The notes: a model not told the origin generated them from the letters alone. A DNA stretch of 64,000 bases from Macrostomum lignano (GCA_002269645.1 NIVC01001388.1:124001-188000); one strand, 5' to 3'; numbered from the stretch's first letter, positions 1-33,545 are shown. Numbers and translations are program-made.

Positions 1-336
1 GGTCATAGACCTGCTACTGTCTTCACTGCTGTAGGTCATAGACCTGCTACTGTTTTCAATATTGTAGCTAGTTCATAGAAAATTCCATGATCAGTAGGAT
101 GTCGTAGGGATATCCGAGTATGTAAGGATCACTATTTAGTGCCGTTTAACACACAATCGATAATAATAGTAATGAGCAATCAGAGTGAAATGAAAACGCA
201 TCTGTCAGTAACCGACACTATATTGGTACATTCGCGATTGAAAAATGTTCACATGTAGGTCATTACAAAAATATCTGCTCAATTCAATTGTGAAATTTAA
301 GCTCCTTCGTACTCAATTATTAATATTAATTAATAC

Positions 337-19456
<19,120 letters not shown>

Positions 19457-20984
19457 CTCGCAGTCTGAAGTGTGTCCCCGGGCCGGGCAGCTGTCCCCCT
19501 GCCCTGCCTGTGCGCTGCTGGAGAGGCCGCTCGTGACTAATTGGCGCAGAAGATCCTGGCAGAAGAAAAAGAGAAAAAAATCAGGCAATAGCGGCAGTTT
19601 TTTTAGTTTATGCGACAAGAGAAAATACGTTTGCATGTTTATATGGGAGGGGATCACCCTGCTTTCCCAAGTCCGCAGTTTCACTTTGGTCGCTAGCGCG
19701 GCCTCGATCTGTTTACGCGTGTTGCAGCAGCAGAAATTGAGCAAAAATATGTTATGCGCACTTCAATGGCTGCTGCTGCAGGGGGCTGCGGGAAATTTGG
19801 GGAAGCCAATGAAGCCAATGCTCTTGCGAAAGGCGTCTTGCTAGAAAGCTATTTTTGATCTTCTAAGTTGCCTGCTTCTGAAGTTGCAGAAATTGCCTTC
19901 GATAGCCCGTGTTTTACTTGGGACGAAAGCTTTGCAAATTTATTTTCCTGAAATTTTCTTCTTTGAGTCGCCTCAGGTGCGATTCGACCACGTCATAGGC
20001 CAGAACTGGATTCCGCATTCTCACTCTCTGTCAACTGGTCTTTACCGCTGATGCAGGACCCCATCTGTAGACACGAATCGAACCAGTGGATCCGACAAAC
20101 GTTCGAATTTCTAATTAGATCATATAGTTACTGGCATCCAGGACATCCAAGGGTTCAGGTCTTTTAGACACACAATGCACGCACCAAGAACTAAATATGA
20201 TACTCGCAGTAGCCCATGTGAAATCTGACGGCAGAATACCAAAAAAATAATTTTGTGAAATTTGTGAATTTATTAAATAAATTTGGGTCAGATTATGTGT
20301 GTTGCTGCTCAGACTGCTGACTTGAGCGAATATTTTGTAAAAAGCGAAAAACAGTTTAATATAAGGCATGCGTTAGAAAGAATTTAAGGTATAAACGCTG
20401 CCATAAAGAATATTTCGACATGTTAGAGGTGTTCTAATTAAATTCACTTCCTCTCAAATGCTCTCAACTGCCACTTTAACAAGATTGCAGATGTTTTGAA
20501 AATAATATAAATTACTTGATGGCTCAGCTCTGTAAGTACTGTAGTAAAAAGCAATCCCTGAAACTCAACCCAAAGTAAGAATACTACAGTTTGTAGTTAG
20601 CTCACTGATTGCTGAATTAGTGAATATTATTTTCTCGATAAACTCTTTCTAAACTTGCACACCCGGGGTTTTAAAGTTTGCAGGCAGACCTTCATAAGTC
20701 ACGAAGCCGTCCGAAACGCTTTGGCTAGAAGCGAAAAAATGATAAGTCGCGTCAGGAACAGTTGAAAGGCGAAGACCTGTCAAAATGCTTTTAATACACG
20801 AAAGGTAGCAATTAGAAAGAAATCGGCCTAAGAATCTTCACGGGGAGCTAAGAGCAACAAAAGGATTAAAACAATATTTTTGCATTCTAAACTGCTTGTA
20901 TTAAAATGAAAATTTATGATTTTGTATGAATATGATTTATATCAACTTATTCCGTAGAGAAATTGAGCGGAAAACACCACAAAC

Positions 20985-21885
20985 TAAACACTTCACTGCT
21001 AAACACTACACAATAAACACTACACACTACACACTAAACACTTCACTGCTAAACATTACAGAATAAACACTACACAATAAACACTACACAATAAACACTA
21101 CACAATAAACACTACACAATAAACACTACACAATAAACACTACACAATAAACACTACACAATAAACACTACACAATAAACACTACACAATAAACACTACA
21201 CAATAAACACTACACAATAAACACTACACAATAAACACTACACAATAAACACTACACACTACACAATAAACACTACACAATAAACACTACACAATAAACT
21301 CTACACAATAAACACTACACACTACACACTAAACACTTCACTGCTAAACATTACAGAATAAACACTACACACTACACACTACACACTACACACTACACAC
21401 TACACACTACACACTACACACTACACACTACACACTGCACACTACACACTGCACACTACACACTGCACACTACACACTGCACACTACACACTGCACACTA
21501 CACACTGCACACTACACACTACACACTACACATTACTCAACTACACACTACACACTGCACACTACACACTGCACACTACACACTACACACTACACATTAC
21601 TCAACTACACACTACACACTACACACTACACTCTACACACTACACACTACACACTACACAGTACTCAACTACACACTACACACTACACACTACACAGTAC
21701 TCAACTACACACTACACACTACACACTACACACTACACACTGCACACTACACACTACACACTACACACTACACACTACACACTGCACACTACACACTACA
21801 CACTACACACTACACACTACACACTACACACTACACACTACACACTACACAGTACTCAACTACACACTACACACTACGCAACTGT
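20985..21885. repeat. 14-nt (ACACTACACAATAA) and 7-nt (ACACTAC) tandem repeats upstream of SK
   Basis: Direct reading. Confidence 0.95.
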
Positions 21886-24469
21886 GCACTAGATATTAAA
21901 CACTAGAGACTACTTCTTAGAGACTAGAGATTAAAGACTTGAGGCTTGCCCTGTACAAGCAGATGTTGATTCTATTAAAAAGTACTGCATATCACATTAG
22001 CATATTTAATATAACTAAGCACACTTACTTCAGTCTGACTCTGCAGTTATAACTTCAGGCTTTCATTATAAAGGCCGCTTGACGAATACTTAAACCTTGC
22101 CAGCTCTGCGCCAAAGTTTGACTTGGCTATTAACAGTACTTGCGATGAATAGTTGGACTTAATGCTGAGTGGACAGAAAAGTCCAAGCTTTCCGGTCACA
22201 TCTTGAAGAGGAGATCGAGCAGTTTCTCTCTTCTACTTCTAGAAGACTTATTTACCGACCCGCGGTGAATAGATTGAAAGAATTTCGTTAAATATTCGTC
22301 TTCCGGACTGATAACAATTCCGGAGATAGTGGGGCAGGGTTAGAGAGGGGATTAGGCTGCAGTCCTGTGGGGATTTGTTCAGTTGGGGAGCCAAGCTTAA
22401 GGGGAGGGAGGGGCAGCGACCGAGTTCTGACCGAGAAGGAATTGGTCGGTCGGTTACCAATGGCGGAGATCGCCCCTAGTGCGCAGCAGCACCAACAACA
22501 GTTGCGCACAGATGGTGGCCTACATGCGGGTCGGAACAGGTCTAAGCGAGGCATTCTTCAAATCCGCGATTTCTTTTCCGTTGCATTTACTATTGATTTA
22601 CAACACAACCACTATCGCTTGTAAATAACTTATGAAAAGGCCCAGCTCTGTTAGTTTGTTTACGCGGAAAAGCACTTTTGAAACATATCTGAATTTCAAG
22701 AGAACACCCATTCGCTGTCTTGTATTTTAGTTCTTTAAAAGTTTTCACATTTAATCTTCAATCCTAGTGCAACAAAAAAATTAGACGCCCTAAATTCACT
22801 CAAAAATCTTTTCATCCTACGGCTGATATTATTTACTTAGGACTTTAACACTAAGTCCCTTAGGACTTTTAATTGGTAGGGGCGCAAACACTTTGGTGGG
22901 AGGCGATTGGCAGGGCATACGCCACTGCTTGATGCATCTCCGGAAACCAATATCGTCCATCCGTGCAGGAACTCTCAGTACAGTAGGATTGCCGCTTTTC
23001 GAACTCGACTTTGTCGGCCAGCAATTCGCGCTCTCATTCTTCTTCAGCATGCATAATTTACACTTCAACCCCGAGCAAAACTCATCTCTATGTAGAGAGG
23101 AGAGGGTGAGACGGCCAACGAGATGCATGTTGCAGCTCTCTCGGGGGGTTGGGGGGGGGGAGAAGTGGTTTTTTCTCCGCAAAAACCGACCGTATGCCGT
23201 TTGCATGTAAAGTGTTTTTTAAGCTGACGCGGCATTGAGATATGGAGGCGGCATCGCGTGCTGAAACAATGTGGGCAGTGCGAATGACGGGGAGCAAGTC
23301 GGCCATCTGTCTCTCTTGGCTCTGTTGCAATGTCTTGCTGTGCCCACCCAATGCGGAATAGTGCAGCAACTACAGCTGATGCGCCACTTTTATAAATTGG
23401 CTTGAAACACGAGGCACTGTGGCTATGTTATTGGCTCCGGCTACAAGGTTATGCCGGGCGGAGAAGGGGAAAAAGCTAAAGTATGCAAGAGGGTTGTCGT
23501 GTTGCTTTGTATGTCTAGCATATAGATAGATGGAGAAAAAGCATGGTGGAAAGATTGGGGGAGCTGCTGCTATTGCGCACCAAAGATTTAAGCTGCCTAT
23601 AGACAGGTGAGGCAAAATGCCAAGCACCACAGACCCTTTCCATGGCGATGTTCGCGCAGCCAAAACCCGAACAGACCCGCCTTCATCGGCCCCAGGTGCT
23701 CGCGAACGATTTCCTTGGACCTCGTCAACCGAACTACATGGAAGAATATAGCAGACTTCGCGTTAGCAACTATACAGTCCGCTGCAGGTGCAACGGGGGG
23801 GGGGGTTCGATTGCGTTAGAAGATAAAATTTGCCAGATAGACAACTAACGGTCCGGCGCTACCGCTGGCGCACAATTTAGCGCACGTCAGTCAGGGCATT
23901 CGGACGATTGTCCTTTTACAGCCGCTGCGAGGCTAAATATAGGCTGCAGAAGGCGGAACAGGAATTCTTTGAAGCATAAAAATATCAAGTATTTAATAAA
24001 GAAGTCATACATGTATGTGCTAAGCAATTTAGATAGGAAATCCCTGAGTAGATAAACCGATCATGAAAAGCTGGGGCTGTTTCGTAAACGACTTTTAGTG
24101 ACTGACTCAGTTTCTTGACCTCAACTACCAATACTACTGTGCTTAATTTTGCATAAACTATTATGTTATTAGTCAAAGAGCGCGTCAATTTCAACTGGTA
24201 CATCAACTAAATCAATCACGTGTCAACTTTTCTGTCATCGCCGACGCTCATGGCGTGTCAACCAAGCCAGCTGGTCCTCAGAGACGCAGACGCTCTTACC
24301 ATAGACGATTAAGCAGAACAGCTGAGGGCTTATAAACTTGTAGATTGTTTGGCCGGAATTTAAAAGTAAGCCTTCTTCTTTAATTTGTAGCTTGAAACTT
24401 GCAAAATCTATGAAACACCCACTGAAATAGAAAGACTTTCGGATACTCGGAACTATTCTAGAACGCTAA

Positions 24470-25300
24470 CGAGTGCGTCATTGAAGGAATCTAGCATGCT
24501 GACGAGTGCGTCAATGGCTGCAACACGAGTGCGTAGCGCACGAGGGTTTTTGCCATAGACGCACAAGTCAGAGTGCTTGATTCCCATTCTTATTTGATCC
24601 AACATGTGTGGCTAAAGTAGACAAGGGTGGAGCTGGGGGTGTGGAGTTAGACTTGAACCATAGACAAAATATGCGCGAGCTAGTCTGAACATTCTTGCAC
24701 GATGGAAAGAAGATTATGCTTGTAGTCTATGGCTGTTATGCTAAATATAGAAACATCGCGCATTACATTCTTGCACGATTGACATTCCTTCACCGAGTGC
24801 ACATTTAAATTCAAGGTGCTTTTACCATAGACACTTGCATTTCTGCACGCATATGGCGACTTCCAAAGCATTCTTGCACGCTGGATCAAATAAGAATGAT
24901 ATATTCCTGCACGGTCACGAGTGCGGGAATGACATCTGCACGAGTGCGCGCTAGCGCACGAGTGCACGATGTCCTTCACGCACGAGTGAACGTGAAGGAA
25001 TTCCATTGTCGGATGATTCATCGTGCAGGAATGCACAAAACCGTGCAGGAATGCATTTCTGCGCCTAATGCTTTTTCAGTGAGATTTTACCATAGACATC
25101 CATTCCTGCACGCAAAAGAGTGCAAGAATGCCATTCTTGCATGGAAAATCAGCCGACAATGCAAAATCGCGAGTTTGCATTTGCGTGAATCAAATTAGCT
25201 CATTTTACTCTGCGTGCGTGAATGATGTTTTGCCATTGACGCACGAGTTCCCATAGACAATTTCATTCCTGAAAAAATCACGTGGCGTATTGTTTAGGCT
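24470..25300. mobile_element. Foldback/Crypton-like non-autonomous repeat relic
   Basis: Six CATAGAC/GTCTATG motifs; repeated CATTCYTGCAC in both orientations; CACGAGTGCGCGCTAGCGCACGAGTG motif, whose reverse complement resembles 35546-35575. Family assignment is from memory, not a search. Confidence 0.4.
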
Positions 25301-25766
25301 GCCCGCAATCCACAGGTTACTGTGCAACGTGCGTGGCATTTTCAAAGCAAACTTCATCGATGCAATGCATTCCGAAATGCACCGGATGCAAGCTGACATT
25401 TACCACCGGGAATGGGGTACCGAGGCGGCCGATAAACCAGCGTACTTGCACAGATCCCAGCGCTAAGTTGCACCAGCTGGACTTTTTATTCGGTAAAGAC
25501 GATCGCAGCTTCTCCAGAGAACCGAAAATTTTCCATCCTGTTGACCGAAATTGTTCTAAACAAATTTGTGCGCTAGAGCAAAATAATTAAGAAACTGTTT
25601 TCAAGTTTACTGTACACTCGAGTTGTTGTGTACGTAGCAAATACTACTTTAGCACAATGACACCAATTTCTTAAAAATGGGGGTTTCAAAAGGGTTTCAT
25701 ATGGTAGCTTGGTATGAAGCTCCTCCATCTTACATGCATAGCTAGCGCTAGCGGAGCTTAGCCAAT

Positions 25767-26168
<402 letters not shown>

Positions 26169-27387
26169 GGTAGCGAAGCTCATAGAAAATGAACATTAAC
26201 AAAACAAAATTAACAGCTGGTAAACTATTCGCTTCAAACATAAAGATAGTAAAAATGAGCTCTCCAAGTCTGTTAGGAAATCTTGGTGTCTATCTTTTAA
26301 TAATATGGTAATAAGGACTCACTTTTCAATCTTAAAATCACACTTGAGTTTTCATATCTTTTTCTCTTACTCTTAGTAGGCCAGTTAAGCGTTTTTTCTT
26401 TGTTTATTCTGCGCTCGTTTTTTAAATCATAATTTGCACATCTTTTATAGGACTTTTTTGCCTGAGTTATTTGTCCGCAAACGCTCGATGATCAATTTCT
26501 GCCCTCAAAGACCCAGTGAACCGAAAAGAAAGTGGCTAGAAAAATAGTCGACAATGAAATTTTTGTTAAAATATTAGCTTGTAAATTCTGAGACGAAAGC
26601 ATGAAATTCAAAGTGATAATTATTGACCGGCAATTTTATAAGGGACAAAAACTCAAAGCTTTCCACCAGACACGAGTTGTAAAGTTCAAATTTTTGCAGT
26701 AAATATGGCGGCCACAATGAAAAGTGATTACAAAATATCAGCACTTCACAATTATCGAATAGGTACGAACAGCTAATAATTGACAGCTCCAAACATCCTA
26801 ACTATTTGCAACTCAACTAAATTTTAAAAAACATTATGACAGAATGCCTACTATTTAGTCATAAACGTTAAGCTAATTATTAATTAATAACAATCAATAA
26901 ATATATTTTACAGCAGTTCTTTTAGTTGTTATAAACGAAGGAGATTACAGACAAATTTTGAATTAAAGCGGGGCCAGAATGAAAAAAGGAGCGTTTTGAT
27001 TAAATAAGCACAAATGTGCGTCAAGCCAGTAAAATGTTTTAATGGTGCGTTTATTAAAACGAAAGAATCGGAATTTTTTTTAAAAAATTAAAAGACAATA
27101 AGTTGAGAAGTTCAGTTATAAGTGAAAAAGTTTAAAAAGTTTAAAATAATTTAATGTGTTAGTTTATCTTACAAGCATTTCTTGGTAGCCAATAGTCATT
27201 TCTATAGCCATGCAATCTCGAAAATGATGCCATCTCTCATCACTCTCTCAACCCATCGAACGTCCTTCATTCAATCATTCGTAATGTCTGCAGAAAAAAA
27301 ATGGATTTGTCCCGGAGCTAAATATTTGAACAGTTGACTTTCGAGCTTCAGACACAGCAGCAGCTTCTCTTTGAATGTCAGTTCAGC

Positions 27388-30300
27388 TCAGTGCATCCAC
27401 AGACCGGCCCAGAAGGCGGCGGCCAAGGCCAAGAACACGCATGCGTAGGCCACCAGCCAGCCTTCGCTGACGTGCTCGAGCTGCTTGCCTTTGATCTTCG
27501 GCTCCGGCTCGCTGTTGGTGGCAGCCACCGATTCCGTAGACTTGTCAGTCAGCTCAAAGCGTCGGCTGATGGCGCCCTCCAGCTTCTTGTTGCGGACGGC
27601 GCCTTTTGGAAAGTGGAAATGAAAGGGCAGATTAAATTACTATTTTTCATGCGGACAGATCAGTTCTGAGTAAACTGGGGTCTATGAGAATTACCCACAG
27701 GAATTTTTTCTCGCAGCGAGGTTTCCCCGCCGAGATTTCCCCGCCGAGATTTACCCGCAGAGGTTTTCCCACAGATTTTCCCACAGAGATTTCCCCACCG
27801 AGATTTCCCCACAGAGATTTCCCCACCGAGATTTCCCCGCCGAGATTTCCCCACCGAGATTTCCCCACCGAGATTTCCCCGCCGAGATTTCCCCACCGAG
27901 ATTTCCCCGCCGGGATTTCCCCACCGAGATTTTCCCGCCGAGGTTTTCCCGCAGGGTTTTTACAGTCGGAATTTCAAGTCAAATCATATCGGATTTGAAG
28001 TCTAATTTAGTCTAGTTTATGTCATGTCTAGCCTAGCCTAGTCTAGGTTAGTTCTAATCTAGTCCAGCACTGTCGATAGACTGCATTTGACTTGAAATTC
28101 CGAGTGTAAAAACCCTGCGGGAAAACCTCCGGGAAATTCTCGTGCTCCCGTAAACTGGGTGTACAGTGATTGTCTACTGCAGCTGTCCATGACAGAAACC
28201 CTGTGTGCACTCAGAAGCATGCGGCACTCACGGATGCGCAGGCACTCGAACAGAATCATGGCGATAATCTGCATTCCCGTGTAGATGGCCAGCACGATGA
28301 CGGCCCAGAAACGGAACTCCGGCCTGAGACTTTCGAATGTGGCGCCCAGCCAAATGGCGACAGCTGAAATGTTTGAAATTTAAGTAAGCGTCGTTTACTG
28401 AAAAGACAGATAGAATTTTTTTAAATAGGGAGTAGTAGCTAAATTAGTACACCTTGATTATTTGATAAAATGGGACCGTAGCCCAGTGGTCTGGCGCAAT
28501 GCTGATGTGCCAGCGGCCCAGACTTGATTCCAAGTGCAGTCACATTAATTTGAGGCTAAGTTGGAATCTTGGCTTGGCTCTACTCGTGCAATTAAATCCC
28601 ATGATGGCCAACCCCCAAGGCACAGTGAAGTGTACATGTACATGCCTAAAGATTAACGAAGGTAGGGCCGCTTTACACTCCTGTAAGTGTGTGCTTGTGC
28701 GAATGACTGCGTACGTATCCGCGCGCTTGTGTGCCTGCTAAGGGAAGTCGGCAAAATGTGCAATAATGCCTCTCGCCGGTTGTGTGACAATTTCGCTTAA
28801 AGTGCACTAGAATGAATCCAGCCCCTGCAGCTAAATAAAACTTAAACTAAGATTGAGGAACAATTAATAAAGTAAGTGCCCACATGAAGAGCCATGCTGC
28901 CCATTGGGGCCTAAAAGGTCACCAGAGCGTCAAACAGAGCCCATCTCCAACAGCATGAACTCTTGCTGGATGCAGGGATCGCATCCCAATACTCAGTCAA
29001 GCCTGCGACTTACTGGCGAAAGCCATCGCCAACAGGCCGTTCCAGCGGTGCAGCCGGTTAAAGATCGACCTGTGCTTGGTGCCCGGGTGCGGCCGGAAAA
29101 TGCCGGCAATGATGTTGATGAGGCCGAGCGACATGCCGATGACGCCGAAAATTCCGTGCACCTGGGAATCGGTCTCCCACTCGCCCTGCTTCACCAGGAT
29201 GTAGATGAAGCCAGCCAGCGCGATAACGTAGCCAATGACCATTGCGCAGACGTGGATGAGGAACCACAGTTGCTTCTTGACCAGCTTCTGCGTCAGGACC
29301 GGGCGAGAGTGCCGGGCAACGACGATTGACAGGCCGCATAGGAAGAGCCAGAAGGTGGTCATGAGGGTGCCTGAGGTGCGATGCACGGGCTTTTTGGATA
29401 ATTTGATAAGGATAATGACAAAGATGATCGCAATAACAACTCACCGTGAGTCTGCACTTTCGCCTCGATACCGCTGAAGTACACGGTGGCTTTGTTGCCC
29501 ATCGGAGTGAGTCGCACCGGAGATCTCAATGGAAGATGCGTGTGCTTTCCGATATTTGGGGTGTCTGCAATGGCGAGTTTCAACCGCTTGAGATACGCTA
29601 TTGATTTGAACAGCTTTCAACTACTTATCCGTTCCTCGTGTAAACGGATGGCTAACAAAAAACGTAAACATGATCAAATTTGGGACACTAAACGTCACAG
29701 CGAATTTAGTTGAGAAGCACTTACTCGCCAAGTTCATTCCCTGGCCCAGTATCACGAACTTGCCCTCGCCGGACATCTTTCTAGTGACAGAGATCAGCGA
29801 GCTCGACTTGCTGGACATGTTGTACTTGTAGTAGGAGAAGGTTGCGTCGACAGGTCGAACAAACTGGCAGCTGATTCTGTTCGGCTGAACGGGCAGGCTG
29901 GCTGCGTCTCCGGTGCCCAAATCAATTCGAGTCTTCATGTCGGTGATGTCCGACTGTAATGTAGTTGGTGCATTTTTGTATAAAGAGTGATACAAAAATT
30001 CCTATTCCTGTATCCATTGTGTATTTTTGCGTGTGACCTCGCCTCGATCAAGCATATCTTCCAACTGTTGCTATTTTTAGCCCCTGCTGTATGTGTTTAG
30101 TCATGAGTTTCGTCTTCGTTAGTAATTGCCATGTTAGCAATTAGACAAATATACCTTTAAGCTTTAAGCTTAGCCTAAGGCTTCTCCAGCACACCCAAGT
30201 TCTGTGTCTCAAGCTACTGAGTGAGCAGACTGAGTCACACAGCTACAGCTGAGGTTGCTGCAATAGAGAATTAAACTTTTGTTGCCAAAATATACTCGAA

Positions 30301-33300
30301 TAGAAATTTCTTACCCTGTACAGCGGGAAGACACACTTGTCAGCAACAATTCCGAAATCCAACCGAATTTTCGATCTCTTTGAATTGTAGCCGCAGCTGA
30401 AAACCTCGAGCTTGTCCTGTCGAATAAGAAGTTTGTCAAGTTTAATAGTTTTCTTTTCAATGGCTGTTTTGGAAAGTTGTGTGTGTTGGCACTGTAAACC
30501 AATCGGTTACAAACATTTTTGTGTGAAGCGGAGTAGCTTGGCGGTTAACGATTCTGAATCTCGTCATACATGCGCAAGGACCAACCCCAAGGCACAGAGC
30601 GTACATGCCTGATGATTAAAAAGCCCGGGTGGCTGTACACCCTGTGTATTCAATACCTTTTAGGATCAGTCTACACTTGGTCCCAAAAAACACTCCACAA
30701 CAAAAAGGTAGGTTAAATTTAAGCATGGAGCATACATGCGCAATGGTGGATGCGAGTGTGGATGGGCTTCTTCGGAGACCAGACCTCACCCGACTGCCCA
30801 TTGGCTGATTCTGATGCGCCTCACCTCCGCAACAATCTTACCCTACCCCAACTCTATGACTCAATATTTGACATATGACTGCGCATTGCTGTGGTGTTGT
30901 AAGCGATCCTAAGATTACTAAGCAGCATTACTATACTGCTTAGTAATGTTAATGTAACATTGCTAACATAATTGTCTCCTAGCCATTCTGTCTACTAGTT
31001 TGCTGTGTGCTATATAGTCGAATTAGACCAGAATGTCTCAAGTTCGGGTACCTGTAATAAAAGTGTCTCAAGACCGTTCTCACCATCTCATCAGAGTCGC
31101 CCAGGCCCACAGCCAGCCAGTCGAATGTGTGGCCAAAAATCTCAAACAGCAGCTGGTTGGACGCTGGCATCGGGGTGATCAACACGCCGTAGCGGCAGCC
31201 GCCGCGGGTGTCGCATGATGGCGGGTAGAGAGCGCAGGTCTTGGTGGAGCCGCAACCGAACATGGTCGGCATGGACTGCAGCGTGTCCTGTGGGAGGGAC
31301 GCGTACCAAACTGAAGTTAGAAAATGTTTTAATATCATTTGGCTAGACCCACGGGCCACATGCGGCTAGCGAAGCCTCTCTATCCGGGTTTTTGGGTCCT
31401 TTGAAACTTCGCAATAGCAATCCGTCCGCTCAAGGTTGGTGTCTCTTTTCAGCTCTCTCTCTCCTCTCTTCTCTCCTCTCTTCCCTCCTCTCCCCTCTCC
31501 TCTCTCTCCCCTCTCATCTCTCTCCCCTCCCCTCTTCTCTCCCCTCTCCCCTCTCTCCTCTCGTCTCTCCTCTCTTCTCTCCCCTCTCCTCTCTTCTCTC
31601 TCCTCTCCTCTTTTCCCTCTTCTTTCTCCTGTCTCTTCACTCCCTTCTTCTCTCCTCTTTTATTTTATCTTTTCACTCATCCCAACTATGGCCTCTACTC
31701 TCATCTCTCATCTCTCATCTCTCATCTCTCATCTCTCAACTTCTATTCGCTCTCCATTCCACTCTCACCTAGCCCGCAGCCATGAGTTGGATTATTTATC
31801 TGACCTTTGAGGTAAAAAAACCTTGCCTACCCCTGATTTGAGTGCTTTGTTGTTGATCTCTACAGTATTCTAATCTTTTCTTAAATGTATTTGCAGTGCT
31901 TTAACAAATTAATAAATTTAGCTAAGTTGACAAGGCCCAAACTGAAATTTGATTGCTGATCATTTTAGACGTTAGTTCCAGAAAAATGTACATTTTGAGT
32001 TGGGTATCGAAATGAAATAAAATAACGCGTTTGTTACATTCTGATACTCGTACAGCAGTGATTGACTTCCAGTGATCCTTGATCGAAACCTTGAACCAGT
32101 AGTCTCAGTGCAGTCGGCACTGTCGCGACTCTGATCATATTTCATGTCATATTTGTTCGGAAAATAATCTATAATTGACTCACATTTCCCAAAGAGAAAC
32201 TGGCGGGCCCAGCTGAGTTGGGAATGATGGCGCTCTGGATTTCTGTCTGGTACTTCTCGAATTCAATCACGACAGTGGCGCTGGAGCAAAAAATCAATAA
32301 AGTTATTCGATTTTATTTTATAGGAAAGTACAATATGCACTTTTGTTTATGCGAACTCACGAGAACATTATGGGGCCTTCGTTGGTGGCAGGCGCGGTCC
32401 AGGAGCAGGTAACCGAGCTGTACATGTCTTTGCCTGCCGTCGAGTGTCCGACGCAGTTGTTTTCCTGAAAATTTGTCGAGTTAAAACGATGCTTCTAAGG
32501 CTTTTCTAATCGATTTAAAATCGCGACTATTTGTCATCGAAAGCGATGCAATTCGCCTCACCCCGCCTGGCGCGTACACAGAGAAGTGTCTTGGCGGGAC
32601 AGTCATGCCGGCGGAGGTTGAACAGGCGAAGCTGCCCAACAGGGGGCCGAGGTTGGTGTTAGTATAGCCGTTCGATGCTCGGACTGCTTTCATTATGAAG
32701 CCGGCGAATTTCGTTGAGCTCGAGACTCCGGCCAGGGTCACTGCGAAGACAGGTTTTGTGGGAAGCTCAGTTCATGTTAAACTGGGGCATTTACTTTTTG
32801 AAATAAATTTTGCGTAAGAATAGTTTTACCTGTCAGAGTGTCCCCTACACTCCAGTTGGTCTTACTGACGGAGATGCTGAACTGCTCTTTGCCAGCGATG
32901 CCCGGATACATGTTCATCGCATCCACTGGCATCTTGCCCTTGCTGTGAAATGGCTGCTGGTTGAGGCACGCGAATGCCGGCGGTCCAGATGGGAATGCTG
33001 CAATAACAGGATCTCAGGTGTTAGAGACTCAATCTACACTTATCTTTATTGAGTTCGTACCCCGTTTGTTTATTTTATTTTATTATCAAATAAAATAAGA
33101 CTAAAATTCGACTAAAAGAAGGGGTTGTAGCCTAGTGGTTGGAGCGTCGGACTCATGACTGAATGGTCGGGGGTTCGATTCTCGACCCAATTTGAACAAT
33201 TTGTGTCCTTGAGCAAGACGCTTAACTCTGCATTGCTTCAGTTCACCCAGCTGTAAAATGGGTGCCAGCATTAGCTGGGATAACTGAGGGTGTGTGTGGC

Positions 33301-33545
33301 GACCCCCCCCCCCCAGTCCTTACGCAGCAGCCGTACGCAGCCGATGCGCCGCGCAATAGCTGTGGCTGAGCTGTCGGTTGCACATCTGCCCATTCGGGCA
33401 GGTGTAATCAATAATAATTATTTTTATTAATATTGTAATTATAAAACATTGTTGAGAAACTTTAAAAAAATCTTCTAATCTCACCATCAACAAAGACGGC
33501 TGCCACCACAGACACAAAGATGGCGAATAGCGTGGCGGTACACAT
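27388..33545 (-). CDS. FRRS1: Reeler-DOMON-cytochrome b561 ferric-chelate reductase (FRRS1/SDR2-like), paralogue A, 655 aa
   Basis: 12 exons (minus): 33545-33485 (signal peptide), 32997-32830, 32740-32562, 32464-32361, 32280-32184 (Reeler), 31287-31084, 30416-30315, 29953-29725, 29564-29445 ([17 protein letters not shown]), 29370-29014, 28363-28232, 27602-27388(stop). All phases match, total 1968 nt. Four b561 heme His present (THG, IHV, VHG, LHR). Confidence 0.88.
27678..28149. mobile_element. Merlin-like MITE with imperfect TIRs, 8-bp TSD and internal 14-nt tandem repeat
   Basis: GTAAACTG direct repeat at 27670-27677 and 28150-28157; termini GGG-N5-GAGAATTWCCC in register; internal TTCCCCACCGAGAT repeats; inner inverted repeat at about 27943-27985 and 28084-28125. 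Confidence 0.7.
28472..28840 (+). mobile_element. tRNA-headed SINE family 2
   Basis: Head GGGACCGTAGCCCAGTGG...TTGATTCC; aligns over about 350 nt with 44930-45298. Confidence 0.82.
31440..31745. repeat. CT-rich low-complexity tract
   Basis: Pyrimidine-rich intron segment of FRRS1-A. Confidence 0.85.
33121..33425 (+). mobile_element. SINE family 1 copy
   Basis: GGGGTTGTAGCCTAGTGG...GGTTCGATTCTC head, same CORE-like body and AT-rich tail. Confidence 0.88.

Noticed and set aside
19556-19744. Upstream extension of the SK ORF to the ATG at 19744
   Set aside because: It crosses a strong polypyrimidine tract plus AG at 19556-19580 and is more likely intron. Not fully excluded without cDNA.
22800-23850. 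Short ORFs with TE-like words upstream of SK
   Set aside because: No motif I can assign confidently; probably decayed TE debris, which needs a database search.
32048-32130. Extra FRRS1-A exon (AG..GT bounded, open)
   Set aside because: It ends in phase 2 while the next exon needs phase 0. The homologous stretch in paralogue B has stops in all frames, and direct splicing 32184 to 31287 is in frame.
33121-33195. tRNA genes at the SINE heads (also 25767, 28472, 44930, 47359)
   Set aside because: A and B boxes are present but the cloverleaf stems are broken, and each continues into a shared SINE body.
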